Below are positions 8,442 to 18,291 of a DNA stretch of 27,185 bases, one piece after another. Each line of letters starts with the position of its first letter. Positions within the stretch are counted from its first letter, which is position 1. The notes under the pieces are model-generated. The model worked only from the letters and a program-made list of their open reading frames with translations. It made no database searches and was not told the origin of the DNA. The translations under genes were made by a program, and so were the position numbers. The stretch is from Pseudomonadota bacterium. GTDB lineage: Bacteria; Bdellovibrionota; FAC87; UBA2466. Location: positions 1 through 27,185 of the forward strand of contig JAYUGC010000125.1 of the NCBI GenBank assembly GCA_043767805.1, read 5' to 3'.

Positions 8442-9623
8442 TTAGAGCCGGATTTTTTCCATGTCGACGAGATCGCGGGTGATGGCGTCAGCGAGGAGAA
8501 AGCCTTTTTCGGTGAGCGCGAGCGTGTCGCCGGAGCGGGCGATAAATCCGTCTTCGAGAAAGAGGGGGTACTTGCGGGCGCGAGTGAGATCGTAACCGTA
8601 GCGCGCTTCGAAACCGGAAAGACTAATGCCCCAACGCTTTCTCAGTTCGAGAAAGCTTGCTTCGAGCACCGTTTGTCCGGCGTCGGTTGATTCGAACACC
8701 ATTCCTTTTTGCGCGCCTCCGGCGTAGAGCAGAAAATCGGCGACTTGTTTGCGGTGAAGAAAACGGCCGTTGCGAAAAAGCCGGCTCGCGGCGGAAGGGC
8801 CGATGCCCAAGTAATCTCCGCCCGCCCAATAAAGTAAATTGTGACGGCATTCCCTGCCCGCTTTGGCGAAGTTCGAGATCTCGTAGCGTTCGTAGCCCAG
8901 ATCTTCCAAAAGCGCTTTTCCCTGTTCGTAGAGATCGGCGGCGTCATCGTCCACCGGAAGCTCGCCGTGGAGCTTGTGACCTTTGGTCAAAGTCAGCGTG
9001 TAGAAGCTCAGGTGAGTCGGGCCGAGCGAGGCGGCTCGGCGCAGATCGGAATTGAGCTCGGCCGCGGTCTGGCCCGGGATCGCGTAAATGAAATCCAGAT
9101 TGAAATCGTCGAAGCCGGCTTCTTGCACCAACCCAGCGGCTTTCACGATGCTTTCGGCGGAACCAAGCCGCTCGAGACTCGCCAAGTGCTTGGCTTGAAA
9201 ACTTTGCGCGCCGAGGCTCACGCGGTTGAAACCGGCTTGGCGCCAGGCCCGTGCCTTTTCGAGGGTCACGGTCTCGGGATTGGCTTCGAGCGTGATTTCC
9301 GCGTCGGAGGTGATCCCAAACTTGGCGGCGATGGTTTCAAGGCACCCCGAAAGGGCCTCCACCGGCAAAAGCGAGGGGGTTCCGCCTCCGAAAAAGATCG
9401 TTTGAGCCTGGGGCGGCTGGCCATCGTTCTCCGTAAACCAGGCGGCAGAGACGGTCAGCTCGGCACTCCAAGCAGCGAAAAGCCGCTGAAAGTCGGGCTC
9501 TCCATACCGCGTAAAAGAATAGAAATCGCAATAAGAGCACTTATGTACGCAGAAGGGCGAATGGACGTAAATCCCGAACGCGTTTGTCAGCGGGGATGCC
9601 TGCCTGGTACCTTTATCCGACAT
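8442..9623 (-). CDS. hemW: radical SAM heme chaperone HemW (HemN-like)
   Basis: GIYVHSPFCVHKCSYCDF, TIFFGGGTPS, EITLEANP, YEISNFAK...HNLLYW. Start re-called at ATG 9623. Confidence 0.92.
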   Translation of the reverse strand: MSDKGTRQASPLTNAFGIYVHSPFCVHKCSYCDFYSFTRYGEPDFQRLFAAWSAELTVSAAWFTENDGQPPQAQTIFFGGGTPSLLPVEALSGCLETIAAKFGITSDAEITLEANPETVTLEKARAWRQAGFNRVSLGAQSFQAKHLASLERLGSAESIVKAAGLVQEAGFDDFNLDFIYAIPGQTAAELNSDLRRAASLGPTHLSFYTLTLTKGHKLHGELPVDDDAADLYEQGKALLEDLGYERYEISNFAKAGRECRHNLLYWAGGDYLGIGPSAASRLFRNGRFLHRKQVADFLLYAGGAQKGMVFESTDAGQTVLEASFLELRKRWGISLSGFEARYGYDLTRARKYPLFLEDGFIARSGDTLALTEKGFLLADAITRDLVDMEKIRL

Positions 9624-12267
9624 GATCGCAAAATACCGACTCCCCAACGGAATTCCAGTCTTTGTTGTCGAAACCGATGCGGCTCCCGTCGTCTCCATCC
9701 AAGCCTGGGTGAGCCGCGGAAGCGCCTACGAGCACGAGAAAGTCGCGGGTGTGTCGCACTTTCTGGAGCACGCCCTCTTCAAAGGGACGAAGAAGCGAGC
9801 GGTAGGGGAAATCGCTCTCGAAATCGAGAGCCGGGGCGGTGAGGTGAACGCCTTCACCTCCTACGAAGAGACCTGCTACTACGCGACGCTGGCGAGCCGG
9901 TACTTCGAGGAAGGCCTCGATGTCATCGCGGATGCAATCTCTCACCCTGCTTTCGATCCGGAAGAGATGCTTCGCGAAAGAGAAGTCATCTTGGAAGAGA
10001 TCAAGCGCGCGCAAGACTCGCCGGGGAAGATGGTCGCGACTAATCTCTGGGGCACCTGCTTCGCCGGCACGCCTTACGGCCGCCCGGTGCTCGGGTTTCA
10101 AGAGACCGTCCGCAAGATGGACGCGAAAGTTTTGAGTAAATATTACCGCGATAACTACCACGCTCGCTCGGTGAGTCTCTTCATCGTGGGCAACGTGGAC
10201 AAGGACGAAGCCTTCGCGACCGCTAAACGGAAACTCGGCGGCATGAAAAAGGGTCCCGATACGCAGTTACCGAAAAACTTGAAGATGCCGAAGGCGAACG
10301 CGGTTCGCGTCGTCGCCATCGATCGCGACATTCAGCAGTGTCAGGTGCAGATCGGCGTGCCGGTCGGCTCCATCACCGATCCCGCGACGCCCATTCTCGA
10401 TTTGCTCTGCAGCGCCGTCGGCCAAGGCGAGAGCAGCCGGCTCTACCAGCGCGTGGTGAAAGAAAAGCGCCTCGCCCTAGACGTCTCCATGGGACTTGCG
10501 GCGACCGGTCGCTGCGGCCTGGCCGCGCTTGGGTTGGTGGCGAGCCCCGATAAAATGGAAGAAGCGCTCACCGAGTGCATGAACGTGCTCTGGGAAACCG
10601 CGCGAGACGGCCTCGAAGAAGGCGATCTCGATCGCGTGAAGAACTCTCTCGAATCCGACGTCATCGGCGGCAAGGAAACCGTGGATGGGTACGCGCGTCG
10701 CCTCGGCTACTACTACATTCAGTTCGGCGATCCGGGTTACGAGAAGAAGTACCTGGACGATATTTTGAGCGTCGATCTCGACGATACCACGACCGCTTTG
10801 CGCGGCATTCTCGCGCAAAAGCCGGCCGTCTCCATGGCGCATCCGAAATCTTTCAAAGTGGATAAGAAGTCGATCGCCTCGCGCTTTCAAAAACGCGCAG
10901 CCGCTAAAGCGGGTCCGCGACCGACCCACGAGCCGGTGAAAGAGACGAAGCTCGGGGCCACCATGGTCTCTAAGCGGGTCACGCATCTACCCATCGTTTC
11001 CATGAAACTCGTCTTCGCGGGCGGCTCGAAGGAAGAGACGCCGGAGCAATACGGACTGACGACGCTGTTTCAGCGCCTTTGGACCGGCGCTTCGCGCTCC
11101 TACGGCTCGCGCGAGCTCTCCCACGTTTTGGAAAGCCTCGGCGCCGATATTTCCGGTTTCGCGGGCAGAAATACTCACGGCCTCGATGTGGAGTTCATCT
11201 CCAAGCAGTGGTCGGTGATTCGCCCCATCCTGGGCGAGCTTCTAACGGAGCCCACCTTCCCCGAAGACGACTTCGAGACGGAACGGGCGATTCTCATCAA
11301 GGAAATTCAGTCCGAGCGCGATACGCCCGGGCAGATCTGTAATCAGAATTTCCAATCCGCCATGTACGGAGCGGACCATCCTTATGGGCGCTCACATCTG
11401 GGCGCCTTGAAAGCGGTCGAGAAGCTCACCACGGCGGACTTGAAAAAGTTCTTCCGCGAGTACGTTCACCGCGGGCATCTCGTCGTCTCTTCCGTGGGGT
11501 CTTTCCCCAATGCGGATTGGGCTTCCGAGATGGAACCGCTCTTGAAGCTCCTTCCGCCGTCGGGAAGAGTGGAGAAAAAGCTGGCTCCGCCTCCGATACC
11601 CACGAAGCCGCGGGTGCTGACCGCCAAGAAAGAACCGCTCTTTCAATCGCACGTGCTCGTTGGATTCCCGGGCGCGCGTTTCGATCAGCCGGAACGTTTA
11701 GCGTTGAAGGTCCTTTCCTCTTGTCTCGCCGGACAAGGCGGGCGGCTCTTCATGGAATTGCGGGACCGGCAGAGCCTCGCCTATACGGTGGCGCCCGTCG
11801 TAACCGATGGACCCATTCCCGGCGTTTTCGCGTTCTACATTGGTTGCTCGCCGGAGAAACTCGAAAGAGCGCTCCGTGGTATTCGCATGGAGATCGAAAA
11901 GGTCGTCAACAAGGCGCTACCTCCGACCGAGCTCAAACGCGCGAAAGATTACTGGATCGGGCGATTCGAGCTCGACTTACAAAGATACGGCTCGCAAGCC
12001 TCGCTCTTTGGTCTCGACGAGTACTACGGTCTCGGCCATCGCCACGGACTCGAGCTTCCCGGCAAGATGAAGGAAATCTCGGCGAACGACGTATTGGAGG
12101 CCGCGCGGAAATTCCTGACGCTCGGATCTCCGACCTTCTCCATCGTGCATAACGAGGAGCTGACGGAAGACCAAGTGCTGAAAGCGTGGAGCTCGAGCGC
12201 GCCGGTGCCGGCGGGTAAAACCGCGCCAGTCCCGGTTCGTACCACCAAGCGACGCGCCGAAGCCTAG
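9622..12267 (+). CDS. M16 family (pitrilysin-like) zinc peptidase, tandem-domain
   Basis: HFLEH (HxxEH), NAFTS and REREVILEE motifs, plus a second inactive-type half with RLFMELRDRQSLAY. Confidence 0.95.
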   Translation: MIAKYRLPNGIPVFVVETDAAPVVSIQAWVSRGSAYEHEKVAGVSHFLEHALFKGTKKRAVGEIALEIESRGGEVNAFTSYEETCYYATLASRYFEEGLDVIADAISHPAFDPEEMLREREVILEEIKRAQDSPGKMVATNLWGTCFAGTPYGRPVLGFQETVRKMDAKVLSKYYRDNYHARSVSLFIVGNVDKDEAFATAKRKLGGMKKGPDTQLPKNLKMPKANAVRVVAIDRDIQQCQVQIGVPVGSITDPATPILDLLCSAVGQGESSRLYQRVVKEKRLALDVSMGLAATGRCGLAALGLVASPDKMEEALTECMNVLWETARDGLEEGDLDRVKNSLESDVIGGKETVDGYARRLGYYYIQFGDPGYEKKYLDDILSVDLDDTTTALRGILAQKPAVSMAHPKSFKVDKKSIASRFQKRAAAKAGPRPTHEPVKETKLGATMVSKRVTHLPIVSMKLVFAGGSKEETPEQYGLTTLFQRLWTGASRSYGSRELSHVLESLGADISGFAGRNTHGLDVEFISKQWSVIRPILGELLTEPTFPEDDFETERAILIKEIQSERDTPGQICNQNFQSAMYGADHPYGRSHLGALKAVEKLTTADLKKFFREYVHRGHLVVSSVGSFPNADWASEMEPLLKLLPPSGRVEKKLAPPPIPTKPRVLTAKKEPLFQSHVLVGFPGARFDQPERLALKVLSSCLAGQGGRLFMELRDRQSLAYTVAPVVTDGPIPGVFAFYIGCSPEKLERALRGIRMEIEKVVNKALPPTELKRAKDYWIGRFELDLQRYGSQASLFGLDEYYGLGHRHGLELPGKMKEISANDVLEAARKFLTLGSPTFSIVHNEELTEDQVLKAWSSSAPVPAGKTAPVPVRTTKRRAEA

Positions 12268-12311
12268 AATCTTGCACGGACTTTGCATCTAATCTCCGAA
12301 AGGGGACCAAC

Positions 12312-12704
12312 ATGCACAAACATCCGGCGATCTTCTTGGCATTTCTTTTCTGCGTGTACAGTTACGGCAGAGAAATCCATATCCAAAACGAGCGTCCGTC
12401 GGCGGTGGGCATGAGCCCTCAGATGACCGAGTTCGTGCGCACGGGGCTCAGCTTCGGACAGCACCCCCGCAGTCTCAATTCCGGATACATTCCGGCCGCG
12501 ATGGAGAGGTTCGAGAGCGATAAACGCCTTCTCGAGGCCGAGGGCATTCCCTACAGCATTCACAAAGCTACAGGCCCGAACGGACCGGACAGCGACACAG
12601 TTCTGGAGATCGAGTGCGATTGGACGGATGGAGGCGACGCGGCCACGCTCGGCGGCCCGCCCACCGTGCCTCACGGGCTCATGTGCATCATGGACAACTA
12701 CTAG
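12312..12704 (+). CDS. hypothetical secreted protein
   Basis: AGGGG RBS and a signal-peptide-like N-terminus. It fills the gap between neighbours and its stop overlaps the HDAC stop. Confidence 0.6.
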   Translation: MHKHPAIFLAFLFCVYSYGREIHIQNERPSAVGMSPQMTEFVRTGLSFGQHPRSLNSGYIPAAMERFESDKRLLEAEGIPYSIHKATGPNGPDSDTVLEIECDWTDGGDAATLGGPPTVPHGLMCIMDNY

Positions 12705-13729
12705 TTGCCGCGAAAAACGCGCTCGAAGCGATCCAGATCCACCGCGCCCTCGGACTCTCCCGGGGCTGTGTGGGGAGCGAAAGGCTTTCGTGGGCATTCC
12801 ACTAGCTTGGCGAGTACCTCGCCCACACTCTCCCGCAGCGCCTCGGGATCGTAGCCTCCCTCGAGGCAGAATAGGATTTTGCCGTTTCGCTTTTCGGCGA
12901 GCGCGATGAGTCTCTCCGCCAGGTCGCCGTAGGCCGCGGACGTCATGCGAAAGCCGTCCATGGGATCTCTTTCATGCCCGTCGAATCCCGCGGAGACCAA
13001 AATGATGTCGGGCGCGAAGCGATCCACCAAAGGCAAAGCAATGTCGGCGTAGAGCCGCAGAAAGAAATCCGGGCCGAAGCGCTCGGCGAGCGGAAAGTTC
13101 ACCGTCGCGCCCAATCCTTTCCCTCGGCCTCTTTCCGTTGAAGCACCGGTGCCTGGATAAAAAGGGAATCGGTGCGAGGAGACGAACATGACTTGCGGGT
13201 TATCGTAAAAAATATCCTGCGTACCGTTACCGTGGTGCAAATCGAAATCCACGATGGCGACGCGGGCCTGTGGCGCCTCGTTCAAAATACCCGCCGCGGC
13301 GACCGCGACGTTATTGACCAGGCAAAAACCCATGATGCGCGAGTCGGTGGCGTGATGGCCGGGAGGCCGCACTAACGAAAACCCGCGGCGGTAAGTGCCT
13401 TTCCAAATTTCCAAGGCGAGAGAGAGCGTGGAGCCAGCGGCGGTGAGCGCGGTGTCCACACTGGGAGCCGCGAAGTACGTGTCCGGATCGAAGACGCCTC
13501 GACTGCCGCGCGCAGAAAAAAGCCGCTCGACCATTTCTCTCGCGTGGACGCGCCTTAAATCCTGTTGCCCGGCGAGACTAAGACCCAGCACGGGGAGGTT
13601 CGCATACGCCGCGCCGGGCTCGAACCACTTGTGAATGGCGAGGAGGCGCTCCGGGTTTTCAGGGTGCGAGCTTAAGGAAGCGTGCTTCAAAAACTCGGGA
13701 GAACGAACCAAAGCCACGTCGCCGGACAT
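12701..13729 (-). CDS. histone deacetylase family protein
   Basis: HPENPERL, RPPGHHA, GFC..NN, DFDLHHGNGTQ, SAGFD and LEGGY motifs. Start probably ATG 13729 (13738 and 13735 are possible). Confidence 0.95.
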   Translation of the reverse strand: MSGDVALVRSPEFLKHASLSSHPENPERLLAIHKWFEPGAAYANLPVLGLSLAGQQDLRRVHAREMVERLFSARGSRGVFDPDTYFAAPSVDTALTAAGSTLSLALEIWKGTYRRGFSLVRPPGHHATDSRIMGFCLVNNVAVAAAGILNEAPQARVAIVDFDLHHGNGTQDIFYDNPQVMFVSSHRFPFYPGTGASTERGRGKGLGATVNFPLAERFGPDFFLRLYADIALPLVDRFAPDIILVSAGFDGHERDPMDGFRMTSAAYGDLAERLIALAEKRNGKILFCLEGGYDPEALRESVGEVLAKLVECPRKPFAPHTAPGESEGAVDLDRFERVFRGN

Positions 13730-13793
13730 GCCCATCATCCTAGTCCAAAGCGCGGCAGTAGACTACCTAAGGCGTCTGTCCTATCCTGGCGTC

Positions 13794-14327
13794 ATGAAAT
13801 TTGCCGAGACTCCCCTTCCTGGTGCCCTCATCATCGACCTCTCTCGTTTTCCGGACGAGCGCGGCTTCCTGGACGTTCTCTTTTCCACCGAGATCTTGGG
13901 AACGAAACAACTCAGTTTCAAAGTGGTGCAGAGCATGGCGGCCTGGAACCGTAAGAAGGGCACGTTGCGCGGCATGCATTACCAAGAAAAACCGCGCAGC
14001 GAAGTAAAGCTAGTGACGTGTCTTACGGGCGGTATCTACGACGTCGTCATCGACCTCAGAAAAGAGTCTCCGACTTATAAAAAGTGGTTCGCGGTGGAGC
14101 TCACGGCGGAAAATCACAAGGCCCTCTACATTCCGGAAGGTTTGGCGCACGGGTATCAAACTCTCATGGAAGACACGCGCGTGCTCTATCACACCTCGCA
14201 GCCTTACGACGCCGGGCTTGCGCGTGGCGTGGCCTGGAATGATCCCGCCTTTAACGTGTGCTGGCCGGAAGCAAAAGAGCGAGTCATCTCGCCCAGAGAC
14301 CTCGAACACCCCGCGTACACGGCCTGA
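13794..14327 (+). CDS. rfbC: dTDP-4-dehydrorhamnose 3,5-epimerase family protein
   Basis: DERGF, GTLRGMHYQ, KLV.C..G.IYDVVIDLRK.SPTY.KW and LYIPEGLAHGYQTL. Start re-called at ATG 13794. Confidence 0.92.
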   Translation: MKFAETPLPGALIIDLSRFPDERGFLDVLFSTEILGTKQLSFKVVQSMAAWNRKKGTLRGMHYQEKPRSEVKLVTCLTGGIYDVVIDLRKESPTYKKWFAVELTAENHKALYIPEGLAHGYQTLMEDTRVLYHTSQPYDAGLARGVAWNDPAFNVCWPEAKERVISPRDLEHPAYTA

Positions 14328-14411
14328 CTACACTTCGTCAGCCTGGCCAAAACTTGGGCGAATTGCGCCTAGTATACAGGTGAATAGGGTCCTGATACCG
14401 AACACTTAGCC

Positions 14412-14428
14412 TAGGCACGGCGGTTGCA
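14412..14428 (+). promoter_or_regulatory. sigma54 promoter
   Basis: TAGGCACGGCGGTTGCA (GG-N10-GC), ~25 nt upstream of ATG 14453. Confidence 0.75.
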
Positions 14429-14452
14429 ATCATAGAGCGAGAATACATCTCT

Positions 14453-15373
14453 ATGAAGAAACCTGGCTTACATACGATCCTGACTCTCGTGGCGGCGATG
14501 GCCTTTTTGGCCGAGCCCGTCCGCGCGGAATTAAACCGCACGAAGCCCGTGAACAAGCTCCTCTATATGTACCGGCTCTACTATCTCCCCTTCAGCGTGG
14601 AGTTCGAAGTAGGCCGCGATGAGAATTTGATTCTTCCCTATTTTCCGGAACGCTATCCGGAGCCCGCCCATATTTTTACGGCGGAAGAGCTGGGAAAACT
14701 GGATGCCGAATGGGTGACTCTGCGGCAGCCGTGGGCGGCGCGCAGCCTGCTGGAAAGCACCAAAGTTCCCGTGAACCAAACGGTTCGCATCAGCCAGCGC
14801 CTCATCAGCCACCACGTGCCGATGACCCGCACGGCGTTCGATAAGCTTTCGATTAACGAGCGCATTCAGATTAAAGACGCTCTCGCCAAAAAAGCGCCAA
14901 AGGTGAAGGCGAACTTTCTTCAACTCGCTTTCCTGAAATCTTTCCTCGCGCCTCTCGAAGAAGAAAAGTTCAACTTCTTCGTGGTGGGCGCCAGCTGGTG
15001 CGGCAGCTCGCGCGATTATCGCGTGCTGGTCGAAGCTTACGTCAAAACATTCGCGAACCCTGGACTCAATCTCCACTCGGTGGTCATTGAAGATCCGAAG
15101 GGCAAGATTTTCGAGAGCCAGATCTTAAAAGATCTCTTTCCCAACACGGAAAAGTACACCCAAGACACCATCCCTCGCTTCCTGGCGTATCAGATCGTGA
15201 ACGGACAGCCCAAAGTCTGGGAAGAAGGAGAAGCCCTTCGCGAGCTCTACGATCGGTTTCTCAAGAACGAACGTGGCTTCATGAACGAAAAGAGCACTCT
15301 CTTCAAAGGCTGGCCCGTCCCGGCCGCGCGCAACCTCGCGGTGGACCCCGCCCTCTCCTCCTTGAGTAAGTAA
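14453..15373 (+). CDS. hypothetical secreted protein with a thioredoxin-like WCxxS segment
   Basis: Signal peptide (…VRA|E), FFVVGASWCGSS and a later TIPRF cis-Pro-like loop. Confidence 0.7.
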   Translation: MKKPGLHTILTLVAAMAFLAEPVRAELNRTKPVNKLLYMYRLYYLPFSVEFEVGRDENLILPYFPERYPEPAHIFTAEELGKLDAEWVTLRQPWAARSLLESTKVPVNQTVRISQRLISHHVPMTRTAFDKLSINERIQIKDALAKKAPKVKANFLQLAFLKSFLAPLEEEKFNFFVVGASWCGSSRDYRVLVEAYVKTFANPGLNLHSVVIEDPKGKIFESQILKDLFPNTEKYTQDTIPRFLAYQIVNGQPKVWEEGEALRELYDRFLKNERGFMNEKSTLFKGWPVPAARNLAVDPALSSLSK

Positions 15374-15428
15374 CGGGAGAGCTCATGACGAAACCCTTTC
15401 ATTCTGCACTCCCAAAGGAGAGTAGGCG

Positions 15429-16433
15429 ATGAATTGGCGGAGAGTGCTGCTTGGCCTTTCGCTCCTGGCCGCGCCCGCGTGGGGGGCACCGCTGACCGGC
15501 GACGAGCTTTGCGGACTCCTCTATGGGGGTCTCAGCACGGCGACTTTTTCCTTACCGGAAGGAATGCCCCAAGACCTCATAAAGAGAGTCGACATGGAAG
15601 GTTTTCTCACCGACGCGCATGATTCCGCCAAAATCATGGCGTGGCAAATCGCGGGGGAAGAGCGCGGGGCGAAGAACCGAGACCTGACCATCCGACCGCC
15701 CGCACGGTTCACGCTCGACCACCACAACTACATGATGGCCATGACGAGTAAAGCCGTGAATCAAGCGATGGCACCGATGCTTGCGGCTCAAGGCTTCTCC
15801 ACGGAGCACTTAGCACCTTCGAAGCGTCTCGTTTTGGTCATTCACCAATGGTCGGGGAAAAGCGGCAATAGGGATCTACAGAAAGCCACGTCCGACTTCA
15901 TTGCCGCAAAAGCGAAAGATGACCCCGTAGTACTCGTAGCCTCTCCCACTTTTCCCATCACCGATCCCGCCCTCTTGCAGCAGGCCAAGCGCGGGGGCAT
16001 CGTGTTTTCAAAGAACGGAACGCTTCTCCACAAAGATGAAACAGGCCGCGTCTTTCAGCGGGATTTAAAGATCGAAACGGACGAGCTGGTCATCATCGGA
16101 GGTTTTTGCGACGACTGCATGCAACGCGGGGCTCAAGGCGCCATCGCCATGGCTTTGGAGAATCCGGACCGGACGACGCTCACCGTGCGCCTTCCTCCGA
16201 AGCTCATCTATCAAACGGGATTGCGAACTCTCGAAGAAGACCTGGGGCAGTCCGCTAATCAGCTCCCGAACCACCTCATCGCCATCGCCAAAAAACAGCT
16301 ACCCGCCGGTTGGGACCTTGCCTTGCCTTGGAACGCGGCGAAAGTTGAAATTGGCCGCACCCGGCGGGTCATTCTTCAGGAGCGTAATCTGTCGGGCCCT
16401 CCTCGCCAGGTCATCTTCGATTTCAACGACTGA
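15429..16433 (+). CDS. hypothetical secreted protein
   Basis: AAGGAG RBS, signal peptide (…AWG|A), 334-aa ORF. Confidence 0.75.
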   Translation: MNWRRVLLGLSLLAAPAWGAPLTGDELCGLLYGGLSTATFSLPEGMPQDLIKRVDMEGFLTDAHDSAKIMAWQIAGEERGAKNRDLTIRPPARFTLDHHNYMMAMTSKAVNQAMAPMLAAQGFSTEHLAPSKRLVLVIHQWSGKSGNRDLQKATSDFIAAKAKDDPVVLVASPTFPITDPALLQQAKRGGIVFSKNGTLLHKDETGRVFQRDLKIETDELVIIGGFCDDCMQRGAQGAIAMALENPDRTTLTVRLPPKLIYQTGLRTLEEDLGQSANQLPNHLIAIAKKQLPAGWDLALPWNAAKVEIGRTRRVILQERNLSGPPRQVIFDFND

Positions 16434-16479
16434 GGCTCCGGGTTGACCCATCGCGGGGTCCGGCTGATTATGGCCGGGC

Positions 16480-17394
16480 ATGAAGGAAGCTCTACAGAAG
16501 CTGGCCCAGCGCCAAATCTACGTGGGGACTTCGAGCTGGAAATACCCCGGCTGGAAGGGCTTCGTTTACTTGCGCCCCTACCGCAGTGAAAAGGCCTTCA
16601 ACGAAACTTGCCTCGCCGAGTACGCGGAAACTTTTTCCACGGTAGGCGTGGATCACACCTACTATGCGTGGCCCACCGAAAAAGGGTTTGAGAAATACGT
16701 TTCGCAGGTTCCGAACGCCTTTCGTTTCGGCATGAAGGTAACGGAGAAGATCACCGTCTTTAAGTACCCCAAATTGTCCCGTTACGGAAAAGACGCGGGA
16801 AAGATGAACGAAGACTTCTTGAACGCCGGGCTCTTCGCCGATCAGTTTCTGAAGCCGCTTCGCGCTCACAAGGAACAAGTCGGCCCGCTGATGCTGGAGT
16901 TTTCTCAATTTCATCCTGGAATGCTGGAAAGCGGCGGTGAGTTCGTCGCCCGTCTCGATGCCTTTTTCACCGATTTGAAATCGGAAACGGAGTTTGAGTT
17001 CGCCATCGAAATCCGCAACGCGAACTGGCTCAAGGTCCCTTACTTCGAGTGCCTCGCCCGCCACGGTGTTTCCCACGTCATGAATAGCTGGACCAAAATG
17101 CCGTCGCTAGACGAGCAAAGAGAGGCCGCCGCTCCTTTCGACTTACCGAATTTCGTGGCGCGCGTGCTGCTTCAGCCCGGAACGAAGTATCAGGAGGCCG
17201 TCGAGGCTTTCTCGCCGTACAATAAAGTGTGTGAGCCTCAGCCCCAGCTTCGGGCCGCGGCGGCGGAGATTATTTTGCAGGCGCAGCGCATGGGAAAACC
17301 GGCTTATGTTTTCGTCAATAACCGCGCGGAAGGCTCGGCGCCTTTGACCATCGCAGCCATTCTCGATCTCGTGGAGAAGCAATCGGAAAAATGA
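16480..17394 (+). CDS. DUF72 domain protein
   Basis: IYVGTSSWKYPGWKG..Y, EYA..F.TVGVD.TYY, FRFGMKV...IT, EIRN and YVFVNNRAEG.AP motifs. Confidence 0.93.
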   Translation: MKEALQKLAQRQIYVGTSSWKYPGWKGFVYLRPYRSEKAFNETCLAEYAETFSTVGVDHTYYAWPTEKGFEKYVSQVPNAFRFGMKVTEKITVFKYPKLSRYGKDAGKMNEDFLNAGLFADQFLKPLRAHKEQVGPLMLEFSQFHPGMLESGGEFVARLDAFFTDLKSETEFEFAIEIRNANWLKVPYFECLARHGVSHVMNSWTKMPSLDEQREAAAPFDLPNFVARVLLQPGTKYQEAVEAFSPYNKVCEPQPQLRAAAAEIILQAQRMGKPAYVFVNNRAEGSAPLTIAAILDLVEKQSEK

Positions 17395-18290
17395 AAGATC
17401 GGCGCACACTTCTCTTTTTGATGCTGGCGCTCCTTCCGCTTGCCGCGTATTTCGCGTTTCGAAGCGGCGGCGTTCCTGCCTTGGAACCGGACAATAAGCC
17501 CGTCCTCGCAGCTCGCGAGCCTTCCCCCACCCCCAAAAAGCTCGTCGACAACCTCGCTCCGCCCAAGCCAAAATCGGTAGCCACGGCGCCAGCGCCCACC
17601 GAAGACGATCGACCTGAAAATGTAGTGTCGTTCGTAGTGGAAGAGGGGGTAGCGATCGCGTTCGGAGACGTGATTCTCGGCGCCCCCGAACAGGAAGGCA
17701 TTAAGACCGGGTTTTATCAGCTGGCGCCGCCAACGCCCTGGGAAACACCCGAGATTCCGTACGCCATCAATGGCGACGTCGATGAGCCCGAGCGAGTCCT
17801 GGAAGCCATCCGTCACATCGAAAAAAAGACGGGCGTACATTTCGTTCTGTACGTCGACCAGCCCGACGGCATTCTCTTTCAAAAAGGCCCGAAGGATTGC
17901 TGGTCTACCCTTGGCCGCCAAGGCGGCTTGCAACCCATCCGCATCGCCCGTCGCTGTGGTTGGAAAGAGATCACCCACGAAGTGCTCCATGCGTTCGGCT
18001 TCCTGCACGAACAGTCCCGCTTCGACCGCGACAACTACGTGGAAGTGCTTTGGGACAACATCGACAGGGAGTACCGTCCCCAGTTCGAAAGACTCCCGCG
18101 AGAGCTTCTCGGAGGCTTAGTCGGGAAGCCTTTCGACTACCATTCGGTCATGCTCTACAACACGGGCATTTTCGCCAAAGACAAGCAGCCCAATATGCGC
18201 ACGAAGACGGCCGAGCCCATCGCCCCGTCCGAAGACGGTTTGAGCGAGCTCGATATCGCCAAGGTCAAAGCGCTCTTTCGGCTCGATTAA
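17391..18290 (+). CDS. astacin (M12A) family metalloprotease, N-terminally anchored or secreted
   Basis: HEVLHAFGFLHEQSRFDRD zinc motif and FDYHSVMLY Met-turn. Confidence 0.95.
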   Translation: MKDRRTLLFLMLALLPLAAYFAFRSGGVPALEPDNKPVLAAREPSPTPKKLVDNLAPPKPKSVATAPAPTEDDRPENVVSFVVEEGVAIAFGDVILGAPEQEGIKTGFYQLAPPTPWETPEIPYAINGDVDEPERVLEAIRHIEKKTGVHFVLYVDQPDGILFQKGPKDCWSTLGRQGGLQPIRIARRCGWKEITHEVLHAFGFLHEQSRFDRDNYVEVLWDNIDREYRPQFERLPRELLGGLVGKPFDYHSVMLYNTGIFAKDKQPNMRTKTAEPIAPSEDGLSELDIAKVKALFRLD

Positions 18291-18291
18291 G

